A DNA stretch of 64,000 nucleotides from Lophium mytilinum (Eukaryota): contig MU004195.1 in assembly GCA_010093605.1 (NCBI GenBank), forward strand, positions 62,001 to 126,000, read 5' to 3'. A model generated the notes under the pieces. It saw nothing but the letters and a program-made list of their open reading frames with translations. It did not search any database and was not told the origin of the DNA. This document shows positions 46,911-60,692 of the stretch, one piece after another. Both the position numbers and the translations under genes were made by a program. Within the stretch, counting starts at the first letter, position 1, and each line of letters begins with the position of its first letter.

Positions 46911-47799
46911 CGCTCCATCGTGCTCCCTTCCTCTCCAGCGTCCGTGGCGTCAGTAACCATGAGCAAGGCCGCATTGAGCTCGCCAAACCTCGCAAGTCGG
47001 CCATCAAGGAGGAGTATATGGCGGTTGAGCAGACGCCGGCGATTGTGCGGGGGACCTCGCCGGGTCTTGTGGGGATTGCAGATATGTTCGATTGAGGTTG
47101 AAGTTGCTTATACCATCGAAAAGAAGAGTGGGGGCGAGATATGGCGCATCATTTGCTTCCTCTTCACGCGTCCGTAAAATGCATAGCGGGTGGATCATGG
47201 TCATGGCTTGGGCGAACGCTCTCGGTTCGAGCTGGGTGTACTTCTGGAAGGATCGGTCGGACATGTAAGCGTTTCCTCCCATTGTCATAAAGAAGCACTC
47301 GATTTCATTTGGCGGCGAATATGGGGTGTCTTGCGTGTCCGTCGGCAATCACTCGTTTCGGAGTTGGGCTCGCTATGCCAGGGCCGCTGGATTACGGCAG
47401 TGGATGTGTATAGTATGGAATGAAGCATTGAGGTAACATAAAACAATGCCGATGCTAATTTGACTATGCCCTAGGCCCAGGATCACGAACCGTGGCTTCT
47501 GCTAGAGGCATGGCACTGCGGGGGGTGCTTTGATCCCGCGTCTTTTGCGCTATCGGATTCGCAACGGCCAAAGATAATCATGGAAACTTGTTGAAATCTA
47601 GAAATTTTGCTAGCTATGTTGCAGACGCGATGTTTAGGTATGTACAACTGGTCGCAATTCAAAATTATCCACGCAACAAACCCGAAACAATGCTGAATTT
47701 CAAATTGACCGACAAATTTGCATAGCCTTCAATCCAACCACACTATACTCTTTCTCTCAAGCTGGAGCTTCTCAAACACTTCGCTCCACCAGTACCCGC

Positions 47800-48432
47800 T
47801 CAGACGGTAACGGTCCCGAAGACACCATTGTCGAAGCCGGTGCACTTCTGAGTACACTGTATGGCGGAACAAGCCTGCTCCCGTGGCGCATCGGTTTGGA
47901 CCGTTCCGACGAGGCCGTTATCAGCAGCGTTGTCGAGCCAGAGAATGGTTGCATCCGTCAGCACATTGCAGCAGCGGAACTGGTTGATATCATTCACTGC
48001 CTGCGTGACAATCTGCGTGTTGGTTGGGTTGGCGATGATGAGGTTGAGATTGTCGATGACGTGGACGCCAAAGATGTCCATGAGGTCCTCCGTGGCACAG
48101 TCGAAGGCAGCCGTCTCGATGGCCCGGGCGAACGCGTTGCTGGAGAGGGTTGCGAGCTGGCATGGTTCGTCTTGTGCGTTGGTTAGAGCGTTCTGGGCGG
48201 CGGTGGCCAGGTCCGTCGTTAAGCTGTTCGCCGCGACCCCGTCCAGGAAGGCGTTAACGTTGACGACGTCGCTGAACCATTGGGTGATGGAGGCTTCGAT
48301 CTGGGCTACGTCGGGGTTGTAGACGGTGGCGACTATGCAGGTACTTGGGGTCTGTCTGACGCTGTTGCGCGTTGGAGCGGCATATGCTGCGACAGTGAGG
48401 CTGAGGATTGCGGTGGTGGTGAATGACTTCAT
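47800..48432 (-). CDS. Small secreted cysteine-containing protein (effector-like), 210 aa
   Basis: Signal peptide MKSFTTTAILSLTVAAYA; 8 Cys including RCCN; intronless; TATA-like tatata upstream at ~48586-48593. Confidence 0.85.
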   Translation of the reverse strand: MKSFTTTAILSLTVAAYAAPTRNSVRQTPSTCIVATVYNPDVAQIEASITQWFSDVVNVNAFLDGVAANSLTTDLATAAQNALTNAQDEPCQLATLSSNAFARAIETAAFDCATEDLMDIFGVHVIDNLNLIIANPTNTQIVTQAVNDINQFRCCNVLTDATILWLDNAADNGLVGTVQTDAPREQACSAIQCTQKCTGFDNGVFGTVTV

Positions 48433-50239
48433 TTTGTGTGATCGAGAGGAGTCGTGTTGCTTGTATTATACGCCCAGAGGATATATTGACAGAAAAGAAA
48501 GCTGCTGTGTTGGTTCTTGTGAATGATATGGCTGTTGAGTGGCTGTAATGATAGATAGTGGAATCTCTGGGTGCAGTTCAACTGGTATATATATGTTCAT
48601 CTCTATGCGCACGGTATAGGCCCTTTCACCTAGAGTACGCAGTCCATTGTGGCTCTGCTTCTGTGAAATGCTATTTACAGATAAGGCAGGATGCACCTCC
48701 TAAGACAACGACGAACAGTCAAGACAGCAGCCAACTCAACTACGGCACGGCTAGTCCAGCATCTAGCATTAGAACAGCAAGCGAGCGGTGTACATGCGGA
48801 GGAGGACATCACTGCTAGGTCTTTAGGCCTGAAGGCCTAAAGGCCTCCCTTCTTATTCCTTGTAGTACATCCTGCAATCACTTCGTCACCATCTGTCCCG
48901 TGCCCGTGATATTCACCTAGAAGATATTTTGACCAACCAATCCTTTGGGATGAGATAAAATTACGTGTAAGGTAATATTCGGAGGACAATAAATTGTTCT
49001 CCCTGCGTAGGGGCAGTGCACGGATGGGTATATACATAAATGCGCTAAGAGGCGGCTCGGTAGAAGAGCTTCTATCCGATCACGTGACCATATACTGCCG
49101 AAGTGTAAACAGAATCTGCGCTAACAGGGGTCCACCCCATTAAACTTTCAAGAAAAGCATCGGCACCGAACTTAAGGCAATAATTTATAAGGAGTTAGCA
49201 ATACGTTGAGGTGTCTATGTCTGCTAGGTCTGCCTAAAAGGGAGTACAAGAGTCGAGTTATATGCGCAGTATTTTGGTGTTGACAGTAGGTCCTAAACAG
49301 GCGCGCTCGCTTCTCAATATCCTAGAGTTCTAATTGGCTAGTCGGGGTTCGGATTCTAATTATGCAGCGAGCCTCGCCCTTTGTACCGCCTAAATAGCTA
49401 CAGGGGATCGGCTTCTGTGAAATGCTATTTTCAGATTACGAGTAGGCTTCCCCGCATCTACTAATTATACTCCGTGAGCACTAAAGCTCACGACTCAAGG
49501 GTAGCTTGAAATGACCGGGGAGCAGTGAGTTATTGAGGGTATAGATGATGATCTGAATCTTGTGCCCTATAGTCTGCGTAGAATGCGACTCCAAGAGGTT
49601 GGCCGCTAGGAATGCCTTTGCCTATTTCGGACTAGATTATCGTCAGGAGCTGCACTCTGGACCTCCTCTTGCAGTTGTCTCCTCATCTACCACCCGATAC
49701 ACGTCTGCTTCAACGCAATGAATCAATTCATCCACGACAGACTGTGCAATATCATTTCGGCTCCGTAGCTGTTCGCTGGCTGACATGCGGATCCTCTTAC
49801 TAGGCTGTTTCCGGACAAAGCCGCCCCAAAACGCTTTCAAAGACGAAGGTCATCTGTTCCTCTCCTCTAGATAGCTAAAAATAACTCTATAGCATTGCCG
49901 ACGCTGGATCTACCTTGCATAAGTTTCACACTCCTACTCGTAGGACATACCTCAACTATACACGTCAAGGCGGCCAGCGACGCGCGCCCTCGACCAATCC
50001 CAATTCTACCCCGGCCGTTCCGGTCGTTCCGGTTCTTCCTGAGAATGATTCTCGCGTTACACGCTGCGTCCGGCAACATGCTTAGGAAGGCAAGAATAGC
50101 AAGTTGGAATTCAAGAGTACTGGAGCTCTTCGAAGCTCATCGAAGCACCCCCGGCAGTGTCACCAGCGCTCTGTACACGCACGCACGCAACCCCTTCGGC
50201 CAGTCTTTCAGATCTGACCGGCAGACACATATATTTGCC

Positions 50240-51763
50240 TCAAACCAAGACAATCTCTTTCCACACCGGCCCCGGCGCCAGCGACGTCTGAGCCGCTTTC
50301 TGGAAAATCTGGCCAGTTCCTCGCCTCTCGGCGTATGTACCTGCCGCGTCCCAGGTTATCAGCATCACCCAGTACATGTCCCATCTCGATTTGTCGGGAA
50401 CCATGCGATGTTCTATTGCTGAGCCCGCCATCGCGTCGCAGGCTTCTGATAAGACGATGAACTCGCATTCCCTTGCTTCTTTGATGAAGTTGTCGGCGAA
50501 ATGGACGGAACCACAGAAGTTTCCGGTGGCGTCGACGATGGTGCCGCGGGAGCAGACGTCCGGGCCGTGAGGTGAGGAGATGACTGCTGAGATCGAAAGG
50601 GTGAGCGAGCGGGTCCAGAACTGGATGATCCTGTCCTTGTCGAGATTAATTGGCGCGCTTTTGATCGGCAGTGTCGAAGATACGTCAATATCTGGACAGT
50701 GCTTGTTATCGAAACCCCTCTGCACTCCGTACGTAGCATGGGGTCTCGTAAACGGCACCTCCACCGTATCCTCATTCGATAGCACCTGCTTCAAACCTCC
50801 TTCTGGCGTGCGATAGTACCACCGGATCCACGTCCGCTCTGTCAGCCATTCGCGTCAGTCCTTGAGAAGCACTGATAGCATCCTGTTCTCGAACTTGACG
50901 GTCCCTATCCACCCAAGCCATGACCAGCTTGGGAGCTCTGGTCGCCGCTTTAACGTGTTAAACATCCCCGTGAAGAGCACAAAAAGGTCGAATGAGGAAG
51001 ACGGCATACTTTGCAGGAACGCGCACCCAAAGTCGCGCTGGATGAGGTTCTCCAGCCCGTACAGTGCGCGATGCCCGTCGGCTTGGAAGCTGAGCGTGCA
51101 TTTGGTGTAGTGGACGACTATGGCGTCGAAGAAAGCCAGTGTGGTGTAATTTTCGTCGAGGGCTGAGTAGAGGTGATCGGGCTCCCATGTGGTCTCCTCG
51201 GGGCGGAGCTCATTCGTGTCTTCTTCGCTCCACTGGGCGCGCAGGCAGCGGAAGAAAATGCTGCCGGTTGGTAAGAAGGTTAGAGTGCGTTGGGATAGGA
51301 GAAGTTCTTGGAAGCTGGGGGTCTCGTTTAGCTGACCTGGCAAAGTTGAGGTAGGGTTTGGAGAGGGTAGATACTCACGTCCATGCTCTGGCCCCGTGAT
51401 GCGAGATCTCGAGTATGCTGTCCATCCCCTTCAGAACTGTCATCTTTACACCCGGCACCACTTCCTCCACCGGCTGAACCAGAGTCCGCGATTGGAAGTT
51501 TACGCCGGGCAGACCTGCGTTCGCATCTTTCCTGCAGCTGCAATGAGAGTCAACACAGCAAGGCATAGGATCTTTAGATCTTCGTCATCACGCTGGCTTT
51601 CGTCAGCATCCAGGCATGAGTGTCACATCGCGAGTAGGTGTCCACTCACAAGATAGCCAAACACCATCGTCTTTAGCTCGACCGGGAGTCCCTCGAACGT
51701 CGGAGGTGGGCCACCCATAATGATGGCGACAGATTCTGGCGGGAGCGCGCCGGAGGGCGCCAT
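50240..51763 (-). pseudogene. Chimeric pseudogene: F-box-like N-terminus fused to the C-terminal part of a HET-domain protein
   Basis: LPVELKTMVFGYL/RDDEDLKILCL joined to AVLTLIAAAG-[frameshift]-DANAGLPGV..RAWT/FQELLLSQRTL..RRPELPSWSWLGW; in-frame TGA at 50855-50857; the ORF continues to 50240. Confidence 0.75.
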
Positions 51764-54700
51764 CTTAAGCAGTGAAGTGGATGGGTTGTGTGTGAATCGG
51801 CTTGGAGTGAAGAAGACGAGAGGCGTCAACAAACAACGACGCGAAAAACTCAATCCGGAGCGGGTTCGGAAAGGAAATAGTATCTGCCGAGACACAGTAA
51901 ACTGACTTCACTTCAGATGGAAAGATGGGGTGAAGCCCTCTGATGCAATTACGTCATCCGACTTCTATATCAAAATCTTACAACAGCTTATATGTCTGGC
52001 GCCATTCGACAAGATGCCATACAGGAAACTTGGAAAGAATCAATGACGTCTAGAAATCTCTATGAATCGAACAAGCAATAGTAAATGGAATCCTCGCGGC
52101 ATATGCACAGGATACTGCTATGGGAAGCCCACGAATGCTCAAGGAACTAGATACGCGGGGTGATGTTCTTCAGCTCAGCCGGAAGCCCAACGAGTATCAA
52201 TGGTGCCATTACGGTCGCTGCAGCGGAGAGGATGAAGGAGAGTTGGGAAAGAGTGAGATTGAAGTAAGCTCCAAGCTTGGCATCACGTGAGGAGGCAGCA
52301 TTTGAGGTGGTCCAGCGAATTTACTCATTGTTCATTTCGTTGATTTTACACTTCATGCAAAGCTTGAGAAAGAAAGTTGTGGCCACCCATGCAGCGATAA
52401 GGATGGATAATCAAGTACACGGGAAGGCCTGAGGTGCTGTTGCTGTCCATGGCCTGCTCATGAATGAGCCTCTGTGAATACATACGTCCGCATCCTTTGC
52501 TAGAATACCACGCCATAGAGACGATTGCGTCCAGCTTACCTTGCTTTCTCAAGAATGCGATCATCGCACTCCAGTGTCCCGAGGAATTTGAAGGTAGATG
52601 GGACTGACCTTTCTCTGGGCTGCGGCATTTTTCCTCTGTAGCGAATCTGTTAGACTGAGAGTCGTGGGTGTGTGCGTCCGAATACGCTCAATTTCTTTAC
52701 AAATGTAGACCTCCGACCTCACCGTGTCGACACGAGCACTGTTAGAGGTCGTTCAAATCCTGTCTCTCGTCTCCCTAACCAAGACATCGTCCTGTCAAGT
52801 CTCGGAGCAAGCCCGAGACCTCCAGCATGCGCAGAAGCCTTCGACGTTGCCATGATGGCACCCACAAGCCACAAGACTCAACACGGCATCGCCGCCCGCC
52901 TCCAGCCAAGTCAACGTGACAGCCCGTCACACCGCACACCCGCAGCGTGACACGGGCTCCTGGAATGCGGAGATGGTGCGTGTGGTCTTGTGGCAGACAT
53001 GCTGGAAGCCGGGTAAATGTTTCGAGTCGAGGTCGCACGGCAGACTCGGCTGAGACGTGGTGGGACGGATGTTTTCGGGCGGGTGGGTAGGCGGACGACG
53101 GCTGGGTGCAGCTGTTGTTTGATGAGATGGTTTGAGGTTAGGTGAGGTCAAGTGGGTGGGCGTTTGGCGGGAGTGTTTGGTAGGGAGGTCGGCGGTCCGT
53201 GTGATTGGGTGAGGTGGGAGGGCTGTCGGCGGCTACAGCAGATGGGCACCCGCTGAGCAGGTGGACCATCGTGATTCGGTTGGTGACAAGGCTTGGGCAC
53301 TCGTTTTGAGGTTGAGAAATGATCCAATCTCATGAGACTGTTTTGTAGTGAGAGTTCACGTCGCGTGAGTATCTAACAAAAGAAAACATGGAACGCCTGT
53401 GACATAAGGGCTGACTTAGTTGCCTACTGTGCATTACGAAGACCTATGATTTATCGTTTGGAGACGATTGGTATGTCTGGCTAAAGAATCTTTGAGAGAT
53501 CTTGGCAGGGTTTATGGAGTTGATGCGATCAAGGTTGGGACAAAAGCGAGTCTAGAATCTTTCCATACCTACCGACGTACCGAGTTTCGCAACAGCCCTA
53601 CTAGACTACTAGACCTCAAATTGGCAGTAGGAACGGAAGTGAAGCTTGATGTAGACTTCCCCTGCAGAACTAGAAGCACCGGTGCACGGCGCATCGCACA
53701 TTGCATGGACGGCTGCGGATGACAGCGGAACATACGCTAGACATGGAGAGTGCTGCGAATGGCCAACCGCGATGACTTTTTGCATGCAGCTTGAATGAAA
53801 CCGACTGCAGGACAGCAGCAGAGAGGTGGGGAGCCGCGATGCATTTTGTTGCAGAGCAACGTGGCTCGGACGGGTGGCCTTGTTTGCTTTGCGGAGTGAG
53901 ACATGCAGATGGCGCTGCGCGAGGAGCCTGACAATGTTTCAGCGGAGAAAACTCCTCACAAAAGATCGCCACCTCGAGTCGAGATGATGATCTTTGACTC
54001 TGGACTACGCGGCCACACGGCCGATGAGGGTGTCGAGTTTCACTAGGGATGCAGCTTGTCGGACGGCGGGAGCGATGGATCGACGGAGCGTTTTTGAAAA
54101 GGGCCAATTCAAAGCTGTGAAATGTCTCGTTTCAGCAATTTGGCAGTATAATTATCTTGAGCGCTTAATGACGACGTCTTTGTTGAGAGCGTGTGCAGAC
54201 AGGCACATGATGCTGCTTGACTGAGGGAAAGCACAGCGAATGAGGCTCGTAACAGACATGGAAACGAAACAGGGCTCCTGGTTGATTCAAACAGAACACC
54301 TGTGGGCGCGCTTCCGCAAAACATTGTTCCAACGAAGCATCTGGAGAGACTTGAGAGACAAGCATGCCGCAGGGTTGTCGCCCTGTGAGGCTCGTCGAAA
54401 CACAGACTCGGAATAGCGAGCAGCGACGATTCAGACAGCCGGGCCAGGCTCTCGGTCGCAGAATTGAGGGCAGCGAGGACTGCGGGGAGCGGTGATGAGA
54501 GTCTCGGTCGTCCAGGGAGGCGCGCAACTTCAACCCAGTCGGCTAGGTGCTGCGGGCTTGGCCGAACCGACGGTAAGGATTGGCGCAGCGTCGTGTGCCT
54601 GGCGGTGTGATTCCGAGATGAGCGGGCTAAGCGGGTGCTGTTGTTTCCCCTGACAGCATCCCGACGCCGATCTTTTCGCGCCCAATCACTAGCCGAGCCG

Positions 54701-55490
54701 GGGCCAGCTCACTCAGCGCAACCCCGGCTGGGCGTGCTTCAATCTCATGGTCAAACAGCGGCGGAGATTTCCTTCACGAGGCGCTTTCGAGGGGCCAAGT
54801 GGGTGCAAGGACGACCGCTCGCTGCGTACTTGCCGAGAAGGGATGAGACGATGCGATTGCGCGACAAGGAATTGTGCTGCTGCTGGAACAAAGGGCAGTA
54901 TCGTGTGCTTCTAGAGGACAACTCGAGCCGGAGCAGAGGGCGCCTGCCGTGGCAAGAGTAGAAACAACTCAGCAGTGCGGCCAACGTCATCAGCCAGCCG
55001 TGCCTGACCCGGGGGCCGGTCCCTCCTTCATCTAGCCGTGTTTCAAGATTCGCTTAACCTAAATCAGTTAGCGCGGCTGCCCCGTACTTTCCCACCCTCT
55101 ACAAAGGCACTGAACTCTCCCTTTCAGACATCCCTCACCACGTTCTTTGCTGATCTGTGATCTTCACGTAAAGCCTTGTCTTTACCCACGCTCTTTGTCT
55201 CCTTCTTTTTCAACCCACACTCCTTTGTACTACCGTGCGCCAGTCGTACTCAATCGTCAAGTAAACACACGTAAGTGCCGATGCTTGCCTCGTCGTCCTC
55301 GACCTCTTTATCCATCGGCCAATATAAGTTGTTCGCCATGCTTCAGGAGTCGGGTCGCAGCCTGTAGAGCATCAGTATTGACATTCGACAGTCTTTTGAA
55401 CCAACATCACCGGCGATTTGATATCCCGTACCTCGACAATCAAACTTTACCAAACAACCACACCAGACCAATCATACCAATCGATTTAAG

Positions 55491-56581
55491 ATGCGTTCCT
55501 CAATCATCTTCTCCGCCGCCTTCGCCGTCGGCGCCCTTGCCGGTCCCTTCAAGCGTGAAGACGGTGGCTATGTCGTCACCGAGGTCGACGTTGTTGAGAA
55601 GACTGTCACTGTCGTCGTCACTGCCACGGGTCCCCCTCCAGCCGTCACTGAGGCTGCCGTGACCTTCTCCCCGGTTGGCCACCACTACTCGCACTCGCAC
55701 TTCCACCACTACAGCAAGCCGGCCAGCTCTTCCGCTGCCGCAGTTGAGTCTTCCTCGGCACCAGCCTACACGCCCCCGGCCTCCTCTGCTCCCGCCTACA
55801 CTCCTCCCGCTTCTTCTGCTCCGGCCTACACGCCTCCAGCTTCTTCTTCTGCTCCTGCCTACACCCCTAAGCCATCCTCTACGCCAGCTCCTGTCTCCAG
55901 CGCTGTCTACTCGGTCCCCGCTCCCTCCAGCTCCGCTTCTTATGGTGGTGGTGTTGGCCCGGCTCACGTCACCGGAGATGCTGAGGCCGATCTGACTGAA
56001 GGCGAGGATTACCAGAACATGGTTGTTTTCCACCACAACATCAACCGTGCCAAACACGGCGCTGGCGTTCTGACTTGGGATGACGACCTCGCCGCGTCGG
56101 CTCTTAAGTGCGCGCAATGCAGTAACACGCCGTTCCAGCACTGCAAGTAAGTGATACCCGTGACTTTTGGTCTTGCTCATATGCTAATCGCGTTACAGTG
56201 CCGGGCAAAACATGGCTGGAAGTTCACCCATTGCTAACGTTTCTGCCGGCATCACCGAGGGTTGGGTCAATGGCGAAGCGCCTGCCTTTGCTGACTTCTA
56301 TGGCCAAGCGAACCCGACCCAAAACTTCGAGGCGTGGGGTCATTTCTCCCAAGTTGTCTGGAAGAAGGCTACGAAGGTTGGTTGCGGCACCGTCGACTGC
56401 CGCAACACTGTGGGCAATGGCATGTGGCAGACTGTCTGCAACTATGACACTGGTAAGCATTGACTTCTGAAAGCATGCGACGACCATGAGACTAATCTGA
56501 TCAACAGGCAATGTTGGAGGCGAATATGGTGACAACGTTGGAAAGCCCATCAGCGATGTTCTCGCCCACTGGACCGACTAG
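55491..56581 (+). CDS. Secreted CAP/SCP/PR-1-like (Pry-type) protein with Ser/Pro/Ala-rich linker
   Basis: Signal peptide, KR site, SSAPAYTPP repeats, HNINRAKHG..LTWD, GQNMA, GHFSQVVWK..VGCG, VCNY..GNVGGEY; introns ~56146-56198 and ~56453-56507; 5'UTR intron ~55271-55391. Confidence 0.92.
55749..55870 (+). repeat. Coding tandem repeat (S)SAPAYTPP(A) x4
   Basis: Four ~30-33 nt units containing gcctacac. Confidence 0.8.
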
Positions 56582-58135
56582 ACGCCTCATGATTATTGAC
56601 GGCACGTACACCTCGTCCGTGGTTCCTCTTCTCCGGCCTTGTCTTGCATCCTTGTTGAGCATCTTTGTGTGGACATGTCGGGCTTCGGGTCAGCAAAACA
56701 TTCGTGGTTCATGATTGGGGTTCATGTGGATTGATTTTCCGATGTTGTTTCAATATCCTGGCTGCTGTTAGCAGAGTCAGGCTTCTGTTCTCTGTTTATA
56801 CTTACAAAAGGCCTCTCGTTTAGGCTGGGATTGAAGATATTCTCTTCTACCCCTCATGCAATGCAACGATGTTAGCATCAAAGTCTCTCTTGCTTGATAA
56901 AAACTTAACAAGATGATAATGTCTTCTGTTCCCAATTGCCCAACCAACCGAAGAATTAGGAGAGTCGTCTCGTATTAGTTCTCTTGATTAAGCGACGGTA
57001 CATGTACGGCCGAGAGGAGTTAATCAGCCTGGGTAGTTTATTCTTGGTGCAGGGTGTTTGATAGTAACGGATAGAGATCAGACAGGTCCGAGTAGTTACG
57101 CGCAACCCGGCAGGAATGTAGACGGTGTCGGAGCGAAGGGGGATTAAACGACGTGGGCATCGACACGCTACATATCTTTTTCTCGCAGACCAGCTACCAC
57201 TCCGCGAATAAAGACATGAAGGGTGCGAATAAGAAAAACTGAAAGGGGCGCAAACGCTACAAAGGAGGATCAGGTGGGATGGGGACAGCACAGAAGAGGG
57301 TTGAATGAGACGCGCCCACACAAAGGAGGATGCATAAGATGCGCAGGCTTCCTCATTCCTGTCGGGCCACCACTTTATTAAAGAACGCAGAATGAAGCTT
57401 CGCCGCATTTCACGCCTCCCATAATGTACTCGCCCTCTGCTCTGCAAGCCCCGGCGTTGGTTTGAAGATCAAACTCTCAGACATTGGTTCGATCATACGT
57501 CGATACGCCGCGCTGGGTCCACCCGTTCCGCGGGTAGACTAACAAGCGCTCAGTCTCCACAACCTCCTCCTCTCCTCCTACCATAGCCTATGATGTTTTT
57601 AGCCCCCTCCATCGGCGAATTTCCGCTTCTGATGTACGGGTACATGTTAGACTAACCTTGCCATTTACAGTCTCCATGAGGCTCGAAATACCACATCCCT
57701 GCGTTCGCAGATGTCGGGGACTTCTTGAGGCGCAGCAGGGCAGCCGCCAGCGCATCTCACACTAATCAGATACTTAGCATCCTTGATCTGGATGAACAGC
57801 TCTTTTCGCCGGCAGTAGGAGGACTTGACCTTTCGAACAGACGACTCCCCTCAATACTAACGATGTGGTTCGACATGAGGTCGATGTTCTTTGCCGCATG
57901 ACTCCGAGATTAAAACGTTCGTCCAGCCATGAGGACTCTCGCCTCTCCCAGCGCTATGGGTTGACGCCCAACGATGTTTCAGACGGCGGTTATACAACAA
58001 CCAACATGCAGGTGTACTGTGCCGCATCCATTTTTGGATCCCCCTCTGAGCACTTGATCAGCGTTATGTTATTTGTACTCTTTCTGTTCCCTGGCTTTCC
58101 TATCAGCGCTTCATCTTCATGTTTCATTTCATACG

Positions 58136-60399
58136 ATGAACATCCTTTACCCTTCTTCCAATGGCAACTCAAGTCGTCTTTCTCAACGCAGCCTACCGCC
58201 ACTACCGCCATCATCCCAACGAGCATCGGTAGTGCTCACTGATAGTCCACTAGTGGCCCCTTCCGAAAAATATGTCGACATACCGAAATGGCCTAAAACA
58301 GCTCAGGGCATCAGGCATGGAGGCTTCTTTACAGTTTTCAGTTGCCTCGGCAATGTCCTCACCGTTGTTGTTGCTTGCGCATTTTTCGCATTCGGAGCCT
58401 TTGTACTGAGGCATGATCGAGTGCCAACGTCCGATGTTCCGCATTTAGGGCTGCTGCGAGATTCCGCCCGCTATGTGAGTATCCCTTGACTCCGAGCCTT
58501 TACCTTTGCCGCCTATCTCTTCTCTCCATCCAAGCCTATCTCCGTATGACTTGTGACAATGTTTTCAAATTGGTATTCATCTTGCCAATATAAGCCAACA
58601 TCGATGGGATAAGACCATCGGCTACTCTTTACTGTCTGGCACTTCCCGACACACTCGATTCCCTACGTTTTAGCTTTTGCACCCTATCATGATGCTGACA
58701 AAATTAGGGGCCCACCGTATTCCCAATATTTCTAGAGGCCATAGTTGGTCAGGCCGTACATGCGCTGGCTCTGTGGAGATTAGAGCATGGAGAACGAATG
58801 AAGATCCTCGACCAGCTTCTCGGGAGCACCTCGATTTTCGCCACTGTAGTAACGCAGCTCAAATATCGCAATATTGGGTTACTCGGTACCTTGCTGCTTC
58901 TACTCTGGTCGCTATCGCCAATTGGCGGACAAGCGTCCCTGCGAGTTCTCGACTTCGGTGTCACAACCAACATGTATCCGCAAAGCATGAAGTACTTGCG
59001 CATGGATTCGGAATATATGCCAAGCGAACCGTCAGCTGATGGAGAAATGGATGGTCAAACTGCTATATTCACTACCGAAGCTGTATATGGTTCATCGCTC
59101 CTAAGCCCTTGGGATGTCAAAAGCTCGCCCCTGGACACTTGGGGCAACGTCAAAATCCCAATGATTGAGCGGCTCTCGAATCTTACCAAAGACAGCGAGG
59201 GCTGGCAGCAAGTCGATAATGACAACGCAACCACGTTCTCGTCTCTCATTGGCATCCCCACAACGAGTCTCCCGTCAGATCGTAAGGCTTCTTTCAATAT
59301 GGAGACATCGTACTGGGTGTTGGATTGTCCTGTTCTGAAACTGTCCAATGACTCCACGACAGAACTTCCAGGTATGGACAGTGGTGGCGTCACTCCTCTT
59401 CCTGATTGGCAGGGTAAGAGAGCGATGAACTGGGGGATATCAAGTCCGTTAGATCAATTCAACACGACACTCGTTCAACCATTTCCACCAACAAACACCA
59501 CGGGAACGCCACTTCGCAGGATGTATTATTTAAGTATGGAAGAGAGTGACAACATACACTACCCTTTCCGTGGTGGTAATAGCTACGCTGAGTGCACCAT
59601 GAACACATCCTACGTTGAAGTCCGAGCCGCTTGTAATGGGAGGAACTGTACCGTCACGCATATGCGACCGTCTACGCAAGAGCATATAGATCCCGCTCTG
59701 ATCAATGGCCTTACAGGCGCGTATTCGAATTTCTTTTTCACCTACTTTGTAGAGGCAATTGCGGGAAGCTCGTATAAGCTCACCGCGGTCCAACGCTACT
59801 TCACGAATCCGGCCTCCCCTTTCGACAACGTGCATCCAAGTATCGCCCTCTACCAACTCGACAAGGAAGACTTTGCGACCAAGTTTGCGCAATTACTCAA
59901 TACGTTCTGGCTCGCCGGTATTGGCCTTGCCCAAATACCAGGCGGAATGCCTGAATCCCGTGCAGGCCTTCACAGCGGCACGAATACTAGCACGACTACC
60001 GCTACAGTCATTCAATCTACGCCTGTACTTGTGTGCAACAGAGGCTGGCTCGCAGCCCTGTTCGTCGCGACGGGTATGATGTGTTTGACAGGAGTCCTAG
60101 GCCTGGTACTTGAGTTCACACGCAAGACGCCGGACCTCGCCATCAACATCTCGAGCTTGGCAAGGGACAATCCATACATCCACTTACCTCCTGGTGGCTC
60201 GGCTCTCGACTCAGCTACTCGGGGACGACTCATGCAGAATGTCAGGATCAGATTTGGCGATGTGAAGTCTGAAGAGCAAGTTGGGCATATTGCTATGGCG
60301 TCTTGCGAAAAGGCGGAGGAGGAGGTGATAGGGAGCGGGTCGCCGCCGGAGATGAGGGTTGCGAGACTGAAGGGCGGGAAAGAGAGGCTGTATGCTTGA
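58136..60399 (+). CDS. Conserved fungal multi-pass membrane glycoprotein of unknown function
   Basis: Exon 1 58136-58474, intron to 58707, then GPTVFPIF..; LLLLWSLSPIGGQASLR, DTWGNVKIP, FAQLLNTFW, C-terminal TM and SSLARDNPY..RFGDV; several N-x-S/T sites. Confidence 0.8.
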
Positions 60400-60692
60400 T
60401 GGTGGAAAGGGCGCACGAAGGGGCTCGAGGGTCTCGATGCTTGTTTGAATGAAGATCTTCATGATGTGACGGCCATTTATAAAAAGTTCTATGATGTATT
60501 ACTATAATCTATTACTACTTCAAACAGTCTTTCAGTCTTCTTGACTATTAAGCATGGATCGCTGGAGGATCTCCGAGCCCACTTAAGGGTCGAGCCGACG
60601 CCAGCCTTATCGGCCCTGCATGTATGAAATATTGGAGGGGCACCAGACATCCCGCATTCTTCGTGTAGCCTCGCATCATCTACTCCTTTCTT

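Noticed and set aside
47004..47348. 114-aa minus-strand ORF
   Set aside because: Non-ATG start, no motif; unsupported.
50855..50857. Stop-codon readthrough or A-to-I repair of the HET gene
   Set aside because: An upstream frameshift and the missing HET core make simple pseudogenisation more parsimonious.
52346..54990. Multiple 60-145 aa ORFs
   Set aside because: Overlapping, no codon bias or domains; chance ORFs.
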